Shown here piece after piece: positions 27,259 to 36,241 of a stretch of 64,000 nucleotides of DNA. How positions within the stretch are numbered: position 1 is the stretch's first letter; each line of letters opens with the position of its first letter. The stretch comes from Clostridia bacterium (GTDB lineage Bacteria > Bacillota > Clostridia > Christensenellales > CAG-138): the NCBI GenBank assembly GCA_017435905.1, contig JAFSEB010000047.1, forward strand, positions 5,062 to 69,061, given 5' to 3'. The notes under the pieces were generated by a model. The model saw only the letters and a program-made list of their open reading frames with translations. It searched no databases and had not been told where the DNA came from. A program made the translations under genes and the position numbers.

Positions 27259-28050
27259 TCAGATGATCTTTTCTTTCGCAAGCAGTTCGCAAAACGCTTC
27301 AGCGGCTTCCCGGGAAGTGCCTTGGAAGAAGCTGCGTTCCTGGTTATGCTCCGGTGCAAATACACGTTCCACACCGGTGGCAGAACCGTTCGTGCCGTAA
27401 TGCTTCGGGTCTTTATCCTGAAGATCCGCAAGGGAAAGCACGTTCACCCGGTAGGACGACAGCGCCTTCATTCGCCTGAAGGAAGGAAGCCTCGGCATGT
27501 TCATATCCTTCTCAACGGAAACAAGGAACGGCAGCCTGATGCGGTAAGTGCATTCGCTGCGCTCCAGCGTAGTGGTAACAAGCATAGCCCCCTCCCCTGC
27601 GTCCGCAAGCGCCGTTGCGTTGGAAACGTGAGGGATGCCCAGCATTTCTGCCATTTCGGGGCCGACCTGTGCGGTATCACCGTCCGTTGTCTGCTTGCCG
27701 CAAAGGATCAGATCCGGAATGCCGATGGCTTTTACCGCTTCGCTCAAAGCCTTGCTGGTGGCGAGAACATCGGAGCCGCCAAGCGCACGGTCGGAAACAA
27801 GATACGCTTCATCGGCACCCATGTACAGCGCTTCTTTCAGGGAGGATTCCGCCTGCGGCGGACCCATGGAAAGAACCGTTACCTGCCCGCCGTACAGCTC
27901 ACGCAGCCGCAGCGCTTCCTCCACCGCAAAGAGATCGAATGGGTTCAGCTTGCCGCGTGCGCCGTCTCGCATCATATTGCCGGTAACGGGATCCAGCGCA
28001 ACTTTATTCGTTCCGGGCACCTGTTTCATGCAAACAATAATTTTGATCAT
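27259..28050 (-). CDS. etfB: Electron transfer flavoprotein beta subunit
   Basis: MIKIIVCMKQVPG..., LILCGKQTTDGDTAQVGP are typical EtfB motifs. AAGGTGA RBS. Confidence 0.9.
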   Translation of the reverse strand: MIKIIVCMKQVPGTNKVALDPVTGNMMRDGARGKLNPFDLFAVEEALRLRELYGGQVTVLSMGPPQAESSLKEALYMGADEAYLVSDRALGGSDVLATSKALSEAVKAIGIPDLILCGKQTTDGDTAQVGPEMAEMLGIPHVSNATALADAGEGAMLVTTTLERSECTYRIRLPFLVSVEKDMNMPRLPSFRRMKALSSYRVNVLSLADLQDKDPKHYGTNGSATGVERVFAPEHNQERSFFQGTSREAAEAFCELLAKEKII

Positions 28051-28066
28051 ATCTTCACCTTGCGCT

Positions 28067-28089
28067 TTAAAATGGTCTGACCATTTTAA
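28067..28089. promoter_or_regulatory. Perfect 23-bp palindrome, FadR/GntR-type operator (TGGTCTGACCA core) in front of etfB
   Basis: TTAAAATGGTC-T-GACCATTTTAA lies 17-39 nt upstream of the etfB start codon. It is downstream of a TAAAAT -10-like hexamer (28105-28110, minus strand). Confidence 0.6.
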
Positions 28090-28457
28090 TCGAACAAAAA
28101 TGTAATTTTACGAGAAACACAAACAAACGCCGCTCGTTTTCAGCATTTTTTCAGGTCTCTGCTTGCCGTAATGCGATTGATTGATTTAAGTAACAGACGA
28201 AATCAAGAAAAAGAGTTTAAAATTTGGGTGGAGAAATTGGGTTATGATACAGTATGGTCTAACCACTTGCGTTCACTATACAAGATGAGGAATGCATTGT
28301 CAATACGGTTTTTTTATTTTCCGTATCCGTTTTCCAAATATCATCCATGCTTTTTCAACATGCAAAAGCATTCCGTCTTCCTGCTTTCTTGACAGAAAAA
28401 GGCTGCCATTGTATTCTAAAATCACGTGTTTTCTGTAAAAAAATCAGGGTGAGACTA

Positions 28458-31091
28458 ATGAAAAAAACGGTTATCGGCATACTGGCACATGTGGATGCGG
28501 GAAAAACAACGCTGAGCGAGGCCATGCTTTATTTGAGCGGCACCCTCAGAAAGCCCGGCCGTGTTGACCACGGAAATGCCTTTCTTGACAACGATATACA
28601 GGAACGGGAACGGGGCATCACCATTTTCTCCAAGCAGGCGGTCTTCTCCCTTCCGGGGCACGATGTCACGCTGCTAGACACCCCCGGGCATGTGGATTTT
28701 TCCGCCGAGATGGAACGGGCATTGCAGGTGATGGATTGCGCCGTGCTCGTGATCAGCGGCACGGACGGCGTACAGGGACACACCCGCACCCTTTGGCAGC
28801 TTCTTTCCCATTACGGCGTGCCTGCCTTTGTTTTTGTAAACAAGATGGATCTTGCCGGTGCACAAAAGGAGCATATCCTTTCGCAGCTGCAGCAGCAGTT
28901 GAGCGGCAGCATCGTGGACTTTACCGCAAAAACCCCACTTCGGGACGAAGCATTGGCCACTGCCGATGAAGCCTCCCTTGAAGAATACCTTGAACATGGC
29001 AGGTTAGCCGATGATACCGTCCGCTCCCTCGTCGGGCAGCGCAAGGCTTTCCCCTGCTATTTCGGTGCGGCGCTGAAATTTGACGGCGTATCCGCATTTT
29101 TGGAAGGGCTTGATGCCTTTGTCCCCTCTCCGCAATACGGCGATGCATTCGGAGCAAAGGTATTCAAGATCTCCCGTGACAGCAAAAACAACCGTCTTAC
29201 CTGGATGAAGATCACAGGCGGCGTTCTCCGTCCGAAAACGGTCCTTTCATTCCTGAAAAACGATATGCCTGTTGAGGAAAAGGCCGATCAGCTGCGCCTG
29301 TATTCGGGTGCAAAATTCGAAGCTGCAGATTGCGCAGCGGCAGGTTCCGTGATCGCCGTAACAGGTCTTTCCGCCACCTATGCCGGGCAGGGGCTCGGCA
29401 AAGAAAAGGATGCCGCCGATGCTTTTCTTGAGCCTGTGCTGAACTATCGGCTCATTCTGCCCGAAGGCACGGAACCGCACACGGTGCTGCCGAAGCTCAG
29501 GCAGCTTGAAGAAGAAGATCCGCTGCTTCGCATCCTTTGGAACGAGCAATGGCGTGAAATCCATGTGCGGCTGATGGGACAGGTGCAGCTTGAAGTGCTC
29601 AAGCGGCTGATCCGTGACCGCTTTTCCCTTGATGTCAGCTTTGATGCAGGAAAGGTGGTTTATAAAGAAACCGTTGCAAACACGGTGGAAGGCGTCGGCC
29701 ACTTTGAACCTCTGCGGCACTATGCGGAAGTGCACCTTCTCATCTCCCCCGGCGAACGGGGCAGCGGCGTCAGGATCGCATCCTCCGTTTCCACGGATGT
29801 ACTGGACCTGAACTGGCAGCGGCTCATCTTCACGCATCTTTTGGAGCGGGAGCATCCGGGCGTACTGACCGGCTCTCCGCTGACGGATGTCAGCATCACC
29901 CTTGCTGCCGGGCGTGCGCACCTCAAGCATACGGAAGGCGGCGACTTCCGTCAGGCGACATACCGTGCTATCCGTCAGGGATTGATGCAGGCGGAATCCG
30001 TGCTCCTTGAACCCTTCTACGATTTCCGTCTGGAGCTGCCCCATGCCAATGTGGGGCGTGCGCTCAACGATCTGCAAAACATGGGCGCTGTTACGGAGCC
30101 GCCTGAAATCCAAGGCGATGTCACGCTCCTCAAAGGCTATGCCCCCGTTGCAGGTCTGCAGGACTACTGGCAGGAGGTGACCGCTTACACACGGGGACTT
30201 GGACAGCTTTCCTGCTCCCTTCGAGGCTATGAACGCTGCCGCAGCGCACAGGACGTGATCGATTCCATCGGCTATGACCCCGAGCGTGATACCGAAAACC
30301 CGGCGGATTCCGTCTTTTGCAGCCATGGAGCCGGCACTGTCATAAAATGGAGCGAAGTGCCTTCCCATATGCACCTTGAAAGCTGTCTTAAGCCCCAAAG
30401 GGAAAGTGCACCGGCTGCCGCTCCCTCCCCCGTTCGCCGCAGCTATGGCGCAGCCCTTGATAAGGAGCTTGCCGCCATCTTTGAACGCACCTACGGCAAG
30501 GCGGACGAGCGTGCATTCCGCCCGCAGCAAAAGAGCGCCGCACGCCCTTCGCTGAGGGAAAGCTATCATATTGCGCCAAGGGAAAATAAGCCGGAATACC
30601 TGCTGGTGGACGGCTACAACATCATCTTCTCCTGGGAAGAGCTGAAAGCCCTTGCAAAGGAAGATCTGGCAGCTGCCCGTGGGCTTCTTGAGGATATTCT
30701 TGCGGACTACAGAGCCTTCCACGATTGCACTGTGATCCTCGTATTCGATGCGTACATGGTAAAGGGCAATCCCGGATCCGTGGAAAAACGGAACGGGATC
30801 TACATCGTCTACACAAAGGAAGCGGAAACGGCGGATGTTTACATTGAACGTACCACATACGCCCTTGGCAAAAACTGCAGCATACGGGTCGCCACCTCCG
30901 ATGCGTTGGAGCAAATGATCATCCTCGGTCACGGCGCCCTCCGCATCAGTGCCAATGCCTTTCGCCTTGAAATGGAGGAAACGGCAGGCAGGATCGCAGA
31001 GCTGGTGCGTGCGTACAATGCAAAGAACACGGAAAAGCACCGCATCCGTGATGCTGCACGCATCCGCAGCGGTGACAACAAAACACAGTAA
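28458..31091 (+). CDS. TetM/EF-G-like translational GTPase fused to a C-terminal Rae1/YacP-type NYN ribonuclease domain (877 aa)
   Basis: G1 AHVDAGKT, G2 RGITI, G3 DTPGH, G4 NKMD, and collinearity with ribosomal-protection proteins. The last 165 aa (from 30594) carry LLVDGYN, LVFDA, TKEAETADVYIE, VATSDALEQ, GALR as in B. subtilis YacP. Confidence 0.85.
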   Translation: MKKTVIGILAHVDAGKTTLSEAMLYLSGTLRKPGRVDHGNAFLDNDIQERERGITIFSKQAVFSLPGHDVTLLDTPGHVDFSAEMERALQVMDCAVLVISGTDGVQGHTRTLWQLLSHYGVPAFVFVNKMDLAGAQKEHILSQLQQQLSGSIVDFTAKTPLRDEALATADEASLEEYLEHGRLADDTVRSLVGQRKAFPCYFGAALKFDGVSAFLEGLDAFVPSPQYGDAFGAKVFKISRDSKNNRLTWMKITGGVLRPKTVLSFLKNDMPVEEKADQLRLYSGAKFEAADCAAAGSVIAVTGLSATYAGQGLGKEKDAADAFLEPVLNYRLILPEGTEPHTVLPKLRQLEEEDPLLRILWNEQWREIHVRLMGQVQLEVLKRLIRDRFSLDVSFDAGKVVYKETVANTVEGVGHFEPLRHYAEVHLLISPGERGSGVRIASSVSTDVLDLNWQRLIFTHLLEREHPGVLTGSPLTDVSITLAAGRAHLKHTEGGDFRQATYRAIRQGLMQAESVLLEPFYDFRLELPHANVGRALNDLQNMGAVTEPPEIQGDVTLLKGYAPVAGLQDYWQEVTAYTRGLGQLSCSLRGYERCRSAQDVIDSIGYDPERDTENPADSVFCSHGAGTVIKWSEVPSHMHLESCLKPQRESAPAAAPSPVRRSYGAALDKELAAIFERTYGKADERAFRPQQKSAARPSLRESYHIAPRENKPEYLLVDGYNIIFSWEELKALAKEDLAAARGLLEDILADYRAFHDCTVILVFDAYMVKGNPGSVEKRNGIYIVYTKEAETADVYIERTTYALGKNCSIRVATSDALEQMIILGHGALRISANAFRLEMEETAGRIAELVRAYNAKNTEKHRIRDAARIRSGDNKTQ

Positions 31092-31111
31092 ACCAAAACG
31101 GAGAGTTTGAT

Positions 31112-31681
31112 ATGACGGAAAGAGAAAAGGCGCTGGCCGGTTTGGAATTTATCCGGGGCGACAAAGACCTCAAAAAGCAAAGGGACAGGGCCGAAGCGCT
31201 TTGCTTCCGCCTGAATGCCGCATCCCCCGAAAAGCAGGAGGAGCGAAACGCCATCCTGCAGGAACTGATCGGGGATATCGGCGAGGACTGCTATATCAAA
31301 TCGCCCTTCATCTGCGAATACGGCTCCTATATTTCCCTTGGGAAGAACTTTTTTGCGAATTACAACTGCAAGCTGATGGACGGCGGCAGGATCGCCTTCG
31401 GCGATCACGTTTTGGTTGGCCCCGACTGCACATTCGTCACCGCAGACCACGCCATCGACCCGGAAAGGCGGCTTAAAGGATACCAGATTTTCAGACCCAT
31501 CACCGTTGGAAACAATGTTTGGTTCGGTGCCGGCGTCATCGTTTGCCCCGGCGTTTCCATCGGCGACAACTGCGTGATCGGCGCCGGCAGCGTTGTCACG
31601 AAGGATATCCCTGCCAACTCTGTTGCGGTGGGCAATCCCTGCAGGGTGATCCGCAAGGTCTCCGGCAGCGATTCGGAATAA
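31112..31681 (+). CDS. Sugar O-acetyltransferase (maltose/galactoside acetyltransferase family, left-handed beta-helix)
   Basis: N-terminal Mac domain (MLAGELY-like: ALAGLEFIRGD) and hexapeptide repeats (VWFGAGVIVCPGVSIGDNCVIGAGSVV). Confidence 0.85.
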   Translation: MTEREKALAGLEFIRGDKDLKKQRDRAEALCFRLNAASPEKQEERNAILQELIGDIGEDCYIKSPFICEYGSYISLGKNFFANYNCKLMDGGRIAFGDHVLVGPDCTFVTADHAIDPERRLKGYQIFRPITVGNNVWFGAGVIVCPGVSIGDNCVIGAGSVVTKDIPANSVAVGNPCRVIRKVSGSDSE

Positions 31682-31702
31682 ACAGCATAAAGCAGACAAT
31701 AT

Positions 31703-31743
31703 CAAAACGATCCTCTGCAAACTGCAGAGGATCGTTCGTTTTA
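31703..31743. terminator. Bidirectional terminator between convergent genes
   Basis: AACGATCCTCTGCA-AAC-TGCAGAGGATCGTT (14-bp perfect stem), flanked by A- and T-runs. Confidence 0.7.
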
Positions 31744-31747
31744 ATAT

Positions 31748-32650
31748 TTATGCTTTATCCGACCGCTTTGCTTTCCGTTCCGCATGGAGCTTTTCCATGG
31801 AGAAGCCACGCCCCGTTACTTCCTTCACACGGGATACCGTGACGAATGCATTGGCATCCGCACGGCGAATGGCTTCGTGTACGGCATGCAGCTTGCGCTG
31901 CTGCACCACACAGAGGATCGCCTTTCCTGCCGCCCGTTCAAAACCCGTTTCCATCAGCAGCATGGAAACGCCCACATCAAGGTCATTAAGAAGCGTTTCA
32001 CGAATATTCTCATACTGCTCCGATATCACCAGCAGCTGGATCTGTTCCTGCCCCATCACCACCACTCGGTTCATGGCAAGGGTGGTCAAAATAAGTGCCA
32101 GCACACCGTAGAGGATCTGTTCCGGCGTAGAGAAAAACGCCTGTGCGCCAAGGATGATAAAATCCACCACGTACAGTAATGCCGCCACGGAAATATGCGT
32201 GTATTTTCCGATGACCATTGCAAGGATATCCGTGCCGCCGGTAGAAGCACCCTGCCTGACGATCAGCCCGATGCCGATGCCAAGGATCAATCCGCCGAAA
32301 ATACTCGAAAGCATGATATTGCCTGCGGAAAACGCAGCAAGGCCGGGTATCCGCTCAAAAACGCCGAGAAGAGCCGGGTAGAGAACAGAGCTTGCAAGGG
32401 TGGTCAGCGCAAAATACTTGCCAAGAACCGCCGCACCAAGAAGGAACAGCCCTACGTTGATCACAAACACCGCAAGGGAAAGATCGACGGAGAAAAAGTG
32501 ATCGATGGAAAGGCCGATGCCCGTGGAACCGCCCATCAGGATGCCGTTCGGGACAATGAAAACGGAAACCGCCAATGCATTGCAGATATTACCCAGCAAT
32601 ACACCGGAGCCCGTTGTGATGTATTTACGGATCGTACTGTTTTTCATCAT
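31748..32650 (-). CDS. YitT-family membrane protein (DUF161/DUF2179)
   Basis: Five TM segments followed by a C-terminal soluble DUF2179-like domain. The start is ambiguous (ATG at 32650 or 32647). Confidence 0.8.
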   Translation of the reverse strand: MMKNSTIRKYITTGSGVLLGNICNALAVSVFIVPNGILMGGSTGIGLSIDHFFSVDLSLAVFVINVGLFLLGAAVLGKYFALTTLASSVLYPALLGVFERIPGLAAFSAGNIMLSSIFGGLILGIGIGLIVRQGASTGGTDILAMVIGKYTHISVAALLYVVDFIILGAQAFFSTPEQILYGVLALILTTLAMNRVVVMGQEQIQLLVISEQYENIRETLLNDLDVGVSMLLMETGFERAAGKAILCVVQQRKLHAVHEAIRRADANAFVTVSRVKEVTGRGFSMEKLHAERKAKRSDKA

Positions 32651-32792
32651 TCCTCCACCGCCGCAGCGCATGCGGTCTCTTGTACTTTTTTCGATTGTAT
32701 CCGCTTGCTTTTCCCCTTGTCAACACGCAGCAGGGCTGCCATGCATGGAGATATGGGCAGTATCCCATAAATCTTTTTTATGTTTCCGCCTT

Positions 32793-34184
32793 TCAGGAAC
32801 GGCATACATTGCTCATTGCATCGATCTCCTTTTTGACACGGTAAAAGATGAGATAGGATGCTGCTACATTCAGAATATCCGCCGTGGCTTGCGTCCACAC
32901 GATGCCGATGGCACCGAAGAAATGGTCCATCAGAAACAAAATAGGGATATTGAGCACCAGCTGTCTGATCACCGCAAGACACAGGGAGATGCGCCCACGG
33001 TTCACAGACTGCATCAAATGCACCATGTGGAAACTCAAAAACATGAAGGGCGTTGCAAAGCAGCGTGCCTCCAAAAATGCGGTACCGAGATGCACCGTCT
33101 CCGGATCGGAAATGAAGGCCCGCATTACATAGGGGGCGAACAGCCTGTACAGCACCACGCTTACTGCCGCAACGATCACGCCGTAAAGCCTTGCCTTCGA
33201 AAAGAAGGCGTACATGCGTTTATGATCCTTTGCTGCGTAATTGTATGCCACAAGGGGCACCATGCCAAGGCAAATGCCGATGCCGATATTGAGCGGAAGC
33301 CTTTCCACCTTCAGCACAATGCCGATAGCAGCAAGGGCGATATCGCCATGGGCGGCGGAAAGGCGGTTGATCACGATCGTGGTCAGGTCAAAGAGCAGTA
33401 TGCTTGCAGCTGCAGGAAAACCGACGGACAGCATAGAGCTCAGCGAGCTTTTTTCAATGTGTTCCAACCGTTTCGGCAATGCAAGAACGGTATGTCCCTG
33501 CAGTTTTTGATAGATGCGGATAAAGTAAATGAGTGCGATCACGTTGGAAAGCATGGTGGCAATGGCTGCACCCATGACCTCGTAGCCATCCGGCAGCAGC
33601 ACAAACATAAAAAGCGGATCAAGCGCCACGTTGAGCATGCCGCCAAGGCTCAAGCCGAATGCTGCCTCTTTTGCGTGCCCCACATTGCGCACCATGGCGC
33701 TCATGCATTGGGAAAGCACCGCAGGCACACCGCCGATGATCACCACACACACAAGATATTGCCTTGCATAGCCGATGGTATTTTCGCTTGCACCGAGAAG
33801 GTGCAGCAGCGGATCCATGAAGATGAGGCAAAGGAGGGAAAACAGCAGCGCCGCAGCCCCTGCCATCACGATGCTGAAGGATGCGACCCTGCTTGCTTCC
33901 TCCTCTTCCTTTGCACCGAGAAGCCGCACCGTCAGCGTGCCGCCGCCCGTACCGAACAGGTTTGCAAGGGCTGTTGTCATCAAAAAAACAGTCAGCACCA
34001 ACGCCGATGCCGCTACCATGTAGGGGTTATCCGTCTGCCCGATAAACCATGTATCCGCAATGTTATAGATCAGCGTGATGAGCTGGCTTGTGATCGTGGG
34101 GATCGCCATTTTCATCAATGCCTTTGATATCGGCATCGTTTCAAATATGGCTTTTGTTTCTTCACCTGTATGCGCAGCTGCCAT
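32793..34184 (-). CDS. MATE-family efflux transporter
   Basis: 12-TM profile. N-terminal PISKALMKMAIPTITSQLITLIYNIADTWFIG is typical of the MATE/NorM family. Confidence 0.85.
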   Translation of the reverse strand: MAAAHTGEETKAIFETMPISKALMKMAIPTITSQLITLIYNIADTWFIGQTDNPYMVAASALVLTVFLMTTALANLFGTGGGTLTVRLLGAKEEEEASRVASFSIVMAGAAALLFSLLCLIFMDPLLHLLGASENTIGYARQYLVCVVIIGGVPAVLSQCMSAMVRNVGHAKEAAFGLSLGGMLNVALDPLFMFVLLPDGYEVMGAAIATMLSNVIALIYFIRIYQKLQGHTVLALPKRLEHIEKSSLSSMLSVGFPAAASILLFDLTTIVINRLSAAHGDIALAAIGIVLKVERLPLNIGIGICLGMVPLVAYNYAAKDHKRMYAFFSKARLYGVIVAAVSVVLYRLFAPYVMRAFISDPETVHLGTAFLEARCFATPFMFLSFHMVHLMQSVNRGRISLCLAVIRQLVLNIPILFLMDHFFGAIGIVWTQATADILNVAASYLIFYRVKKEIDAMSNVCRS

Positions 34185-34256
34185 TGCGGAAGGCTCCTTT
34201 GGTTATATTCCGCATTTGATTGTACTCCTTCCCTATCCTTCCGTCAATTCCCACAG

Positions 34257-34297
34257 AAAAGAGAACCACCGGCTGTTAAACCGGTGGTTCTCTTTTT
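34257..34297. terminator. Bidirectional terminator downstream of the CoA-transferase/SDR/MaoC operon
   Basis: GAGAACCACCGG-(8 nt)-CCGGTGGTTCTC, flanked by AAAA and TTTTT. Confidence 0.7.
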
Positions 34298-34329
34298 GAA
34301 AGCGGGTTTACCGCTGTTTTGTTTTTGGC

Positions 34330-34758
34330 TTACGCCTTTCGGGGCAGCATCAGCGCTTCGCCGTCTGCAACCACTTCACCGGCACTGTTGCGGCAGGTGG
34401 TGGTCAGAATAACACGGTTGCGCTCCGCAATGATCTCCTTCACTTCCACTTCGGTGGTGATGGTCTCACCGTCGCCGTCAAAGAAGACGGGGGCACGGAA
34501 GTTGATGCTCTGCTTGGCATATACAGCACCTTCGCCGGGAAGATACTGGCCAAGAACTTTGGAGATAAAGCCGGCGAGGATCATACCGTGAGAAATGTTT
34601 TTGCCGAACTTCGTCTTCGCCGCATATTCGGGATCAAGATGGATGGGGTTATGGTCGCCGGTCACCTTTGCGAAGGCTTCCACCACATCCTTGGTGATCA
34701 CATCCTGCACAGCGTATTTCTGTCCGACAGAAAGATCGCGAATGGTATAGCTGTTCAT
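34330..34758 (-). CDS. MaoC-like (R)-specific enoyl-CoA hydratase/dehydratase (hot-dog fold)
   Basis: GDHNPIHLDPEYA hydratase motif; 142 aa. Confidence 0.85.
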   Translation of the reverse strand: MNSYTIRDLSVGQKYAVQDVITKDVVEAFAKVTGDHNPIHLDPEYAAKTKFGKNISHGMILAGFISKVLGQYLPGEGAVYAKQSINFRAPVFFDGDGETITTEVEVKEIIAERNRVILTTTCRNSAGEVVADGEALMLPRKA

Positions 34759-34770
34759 GCTGCTGCTCCT

Positions 34771-35496
34771 TTAGTGCATGTAAAGGCCGCCGTTGACGCT
34801 GAGGGTCTCGCCGGTGATGTAGCGGGATTCATCCTTCGCAAGGAAGAGAACGGCGTTGGAGATATCTTCGGGAGTACCCATAGCACCGAAGGGGATCTTG
34901 GCGTTAATCTTCGCCATGGCCTCTTCGGGGATAGCCGCGGTCATCTCGGTGGCAATGAAGCCGGGGGCCACAGCATTCACGGTGATGCCGTAGCGGATGA
35001 GCTCGAGCGCAAGGGACTTGGTGAAACCGATGAGACCGGCCTTGCTGGCGGAATAGTTCGCCTGGCCGAAGTTGCCCATCAGGCCGATAACGGAAGAAAT
35101 GTTGATGATGCGGCCGCTCTTCTGCTCGATCATGCCGGGCATGACCGCCTTGCAGGTGTGGAACGCACCGGTGAGGTTGGTGCCGATCACGGCATCCCAC
35201 TGCTCACGCTGCATCTTCTTCATGGTGGTGTCACGGGTGATACCTGCGTTGTTCACAAGAACATCGATCCTGCCATGCTTTTCAAGAATCTGTGCGATGC
35301 CTGCGTTCACGCTTTCCTGATCCGCAACATCCATCTTCACATGCTCAAACTTGCCTTCATAGGCCTTAAACGCATCGCTGAGGTTGGGAACATTCCTGCT
35401 GGTGATCACAACAAACGCATCGCCCTGCTTGAGGAAGTCGAGTGCGACCTGTGCGCCAATACCTTTTGTACCGCCGGTAACAACTACGATTTTCAT
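34771..35496 (-). CDS. Short-chain dehydrogenase/reductase (3-oxoacyl/3-hydroxyacyl reductase, FabG-like)
   Basis: TGGTKGIG cofactor motif, NNAG, and the S...YSASK catalytic motif. The start at MKIVVVTGG is uncertain; the ORF is open to 35571. Confidence 0.8.
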   Translation of the reverse strand: MKIVVVTGGTKGIGAQVALDFLKQGDAFVVITSRNVPNLSDAFKAYEGKFEHVKMDVADQESVNAGIAQILEKHGRIDVLVNNAGITRDTTMKKMQREQWDAVIGTNLTGAFHTCKAVMPGMIEQKSGRIINISSVIGLMGNFGQANYSASKAGLIGFTKSLALELIRYGITVNAVAPGFIATEMTAAIPEEAMAKINAKIPFGAMGTPEDISNAVLFLAKDESRYITGETLSVNGGLYMH

Positions 35497-35580
35497 TTCT
35501 TCGTACTTTCTGCGGGACTTCCCCCGCATCTCCTTTTCGCTAAAAATGGATACTGGGACCTTATCGGTCAAAAACCGGAA

Positions 35581-36240
35581 TTAGAACTCCATCTTCTTGA
35601 GGTCGGGGCTGATGATCAGCGGAGCATCCGTTGCAGCCTGGATCTCTTCGACGGTGAACTCGGGGTTGTACTCCTTGAGGACGATGCCCTCATCAGTCAC
35701 ATCCATCACGCCCATTTCGGTGATGATGATGTCAACGCAATCAAGCGCAGTGTAGGGCAGTTTGCACTCCTTCAGGATTTTCGGCTTGCCCTTTGCGGTG
35801 TGCTCCATGGCAACGATGGTACGGCGGGTACCGACGAGAAGGTCCATGGCGCCGCCCATGCCGGGCATACGCTTGCCGGGGATGATCCAGTTGGAAAGGT
35901 TGCCGTGCATATCAACTTCAAGACCGCCGAGGATGCAGGCATCCACGTGGCCGCCGCGAATGAGGCCGAAGGACATGGCGCTGTCGATGTAGCAGCCGCC
36001 GTCCTGCAGGGCAGCAGGCATACCGCTGGCGTTAACAACGTTCATGGGGTCATAGTTTTCATCGGTCAGTTTGCCTGCGCCGAGGATGCCGTTTTCCGTC
36101 TGAAGGAAAACGTGCACGCCTTCCGGAAGGAAGGAAGGCACAAGAGAGGGGATGCCGATGCCAAGGTTGACGACGTCGCCGTCATGCAGTTCCTGCGCAA
36201 CACGCTTTGCAATGAAGCTTTTGATCATTTCCTTATCCAT
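35581..36240 (-). CDS. 3-oxoacid/acetate CoA-transferase subunit B
   Basis: Collinear with AtoA/ScoB/CtfB (LQTENGILG, GGFGLIRGGH-like, SENG region). Confidence 0.85.
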   Translation of the reverse strand: MDKEMIKSFIAKRVAQELHDGDVVNLGIGIPSLVPSFLPEGVHVFLQTENGILGAGKLTDENYDPMNVVNASGMPAALQDGGCYIDSAMSFGLIRGGHVDACILGGLEVDMHGNLSNWIIPGKRMPGMGGAMDLLVGTRRTIVAMEHTAKGKPKILKECKLPYTALDCVDIIITEMGVMDVTDEGIVLKEYNPEFTVEEIQAATDAPLIISPDLKKMEF

Positions 36241-36241
36241 C

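Noticed and set aside
28171-28392. 73-aa ORF in the 400-bp divergent region between etfB and the GTPase gene
   Set aside because: No RBS, an odd aromatic-rich composition, and it overlaps the likely promoter region of the GTPase gene.
28458-30400. Calling the GTPase a tetracycline-resistance ribosomal protection protein (TetM/O/W)
   Set aside because: The similarity is at family level only (G motifs, collinearity). The fusion to a NYN RNase domain and the chromosomal context, with no mobile element nearby, argue for a different function. No resistance claim is justified from the sequence.
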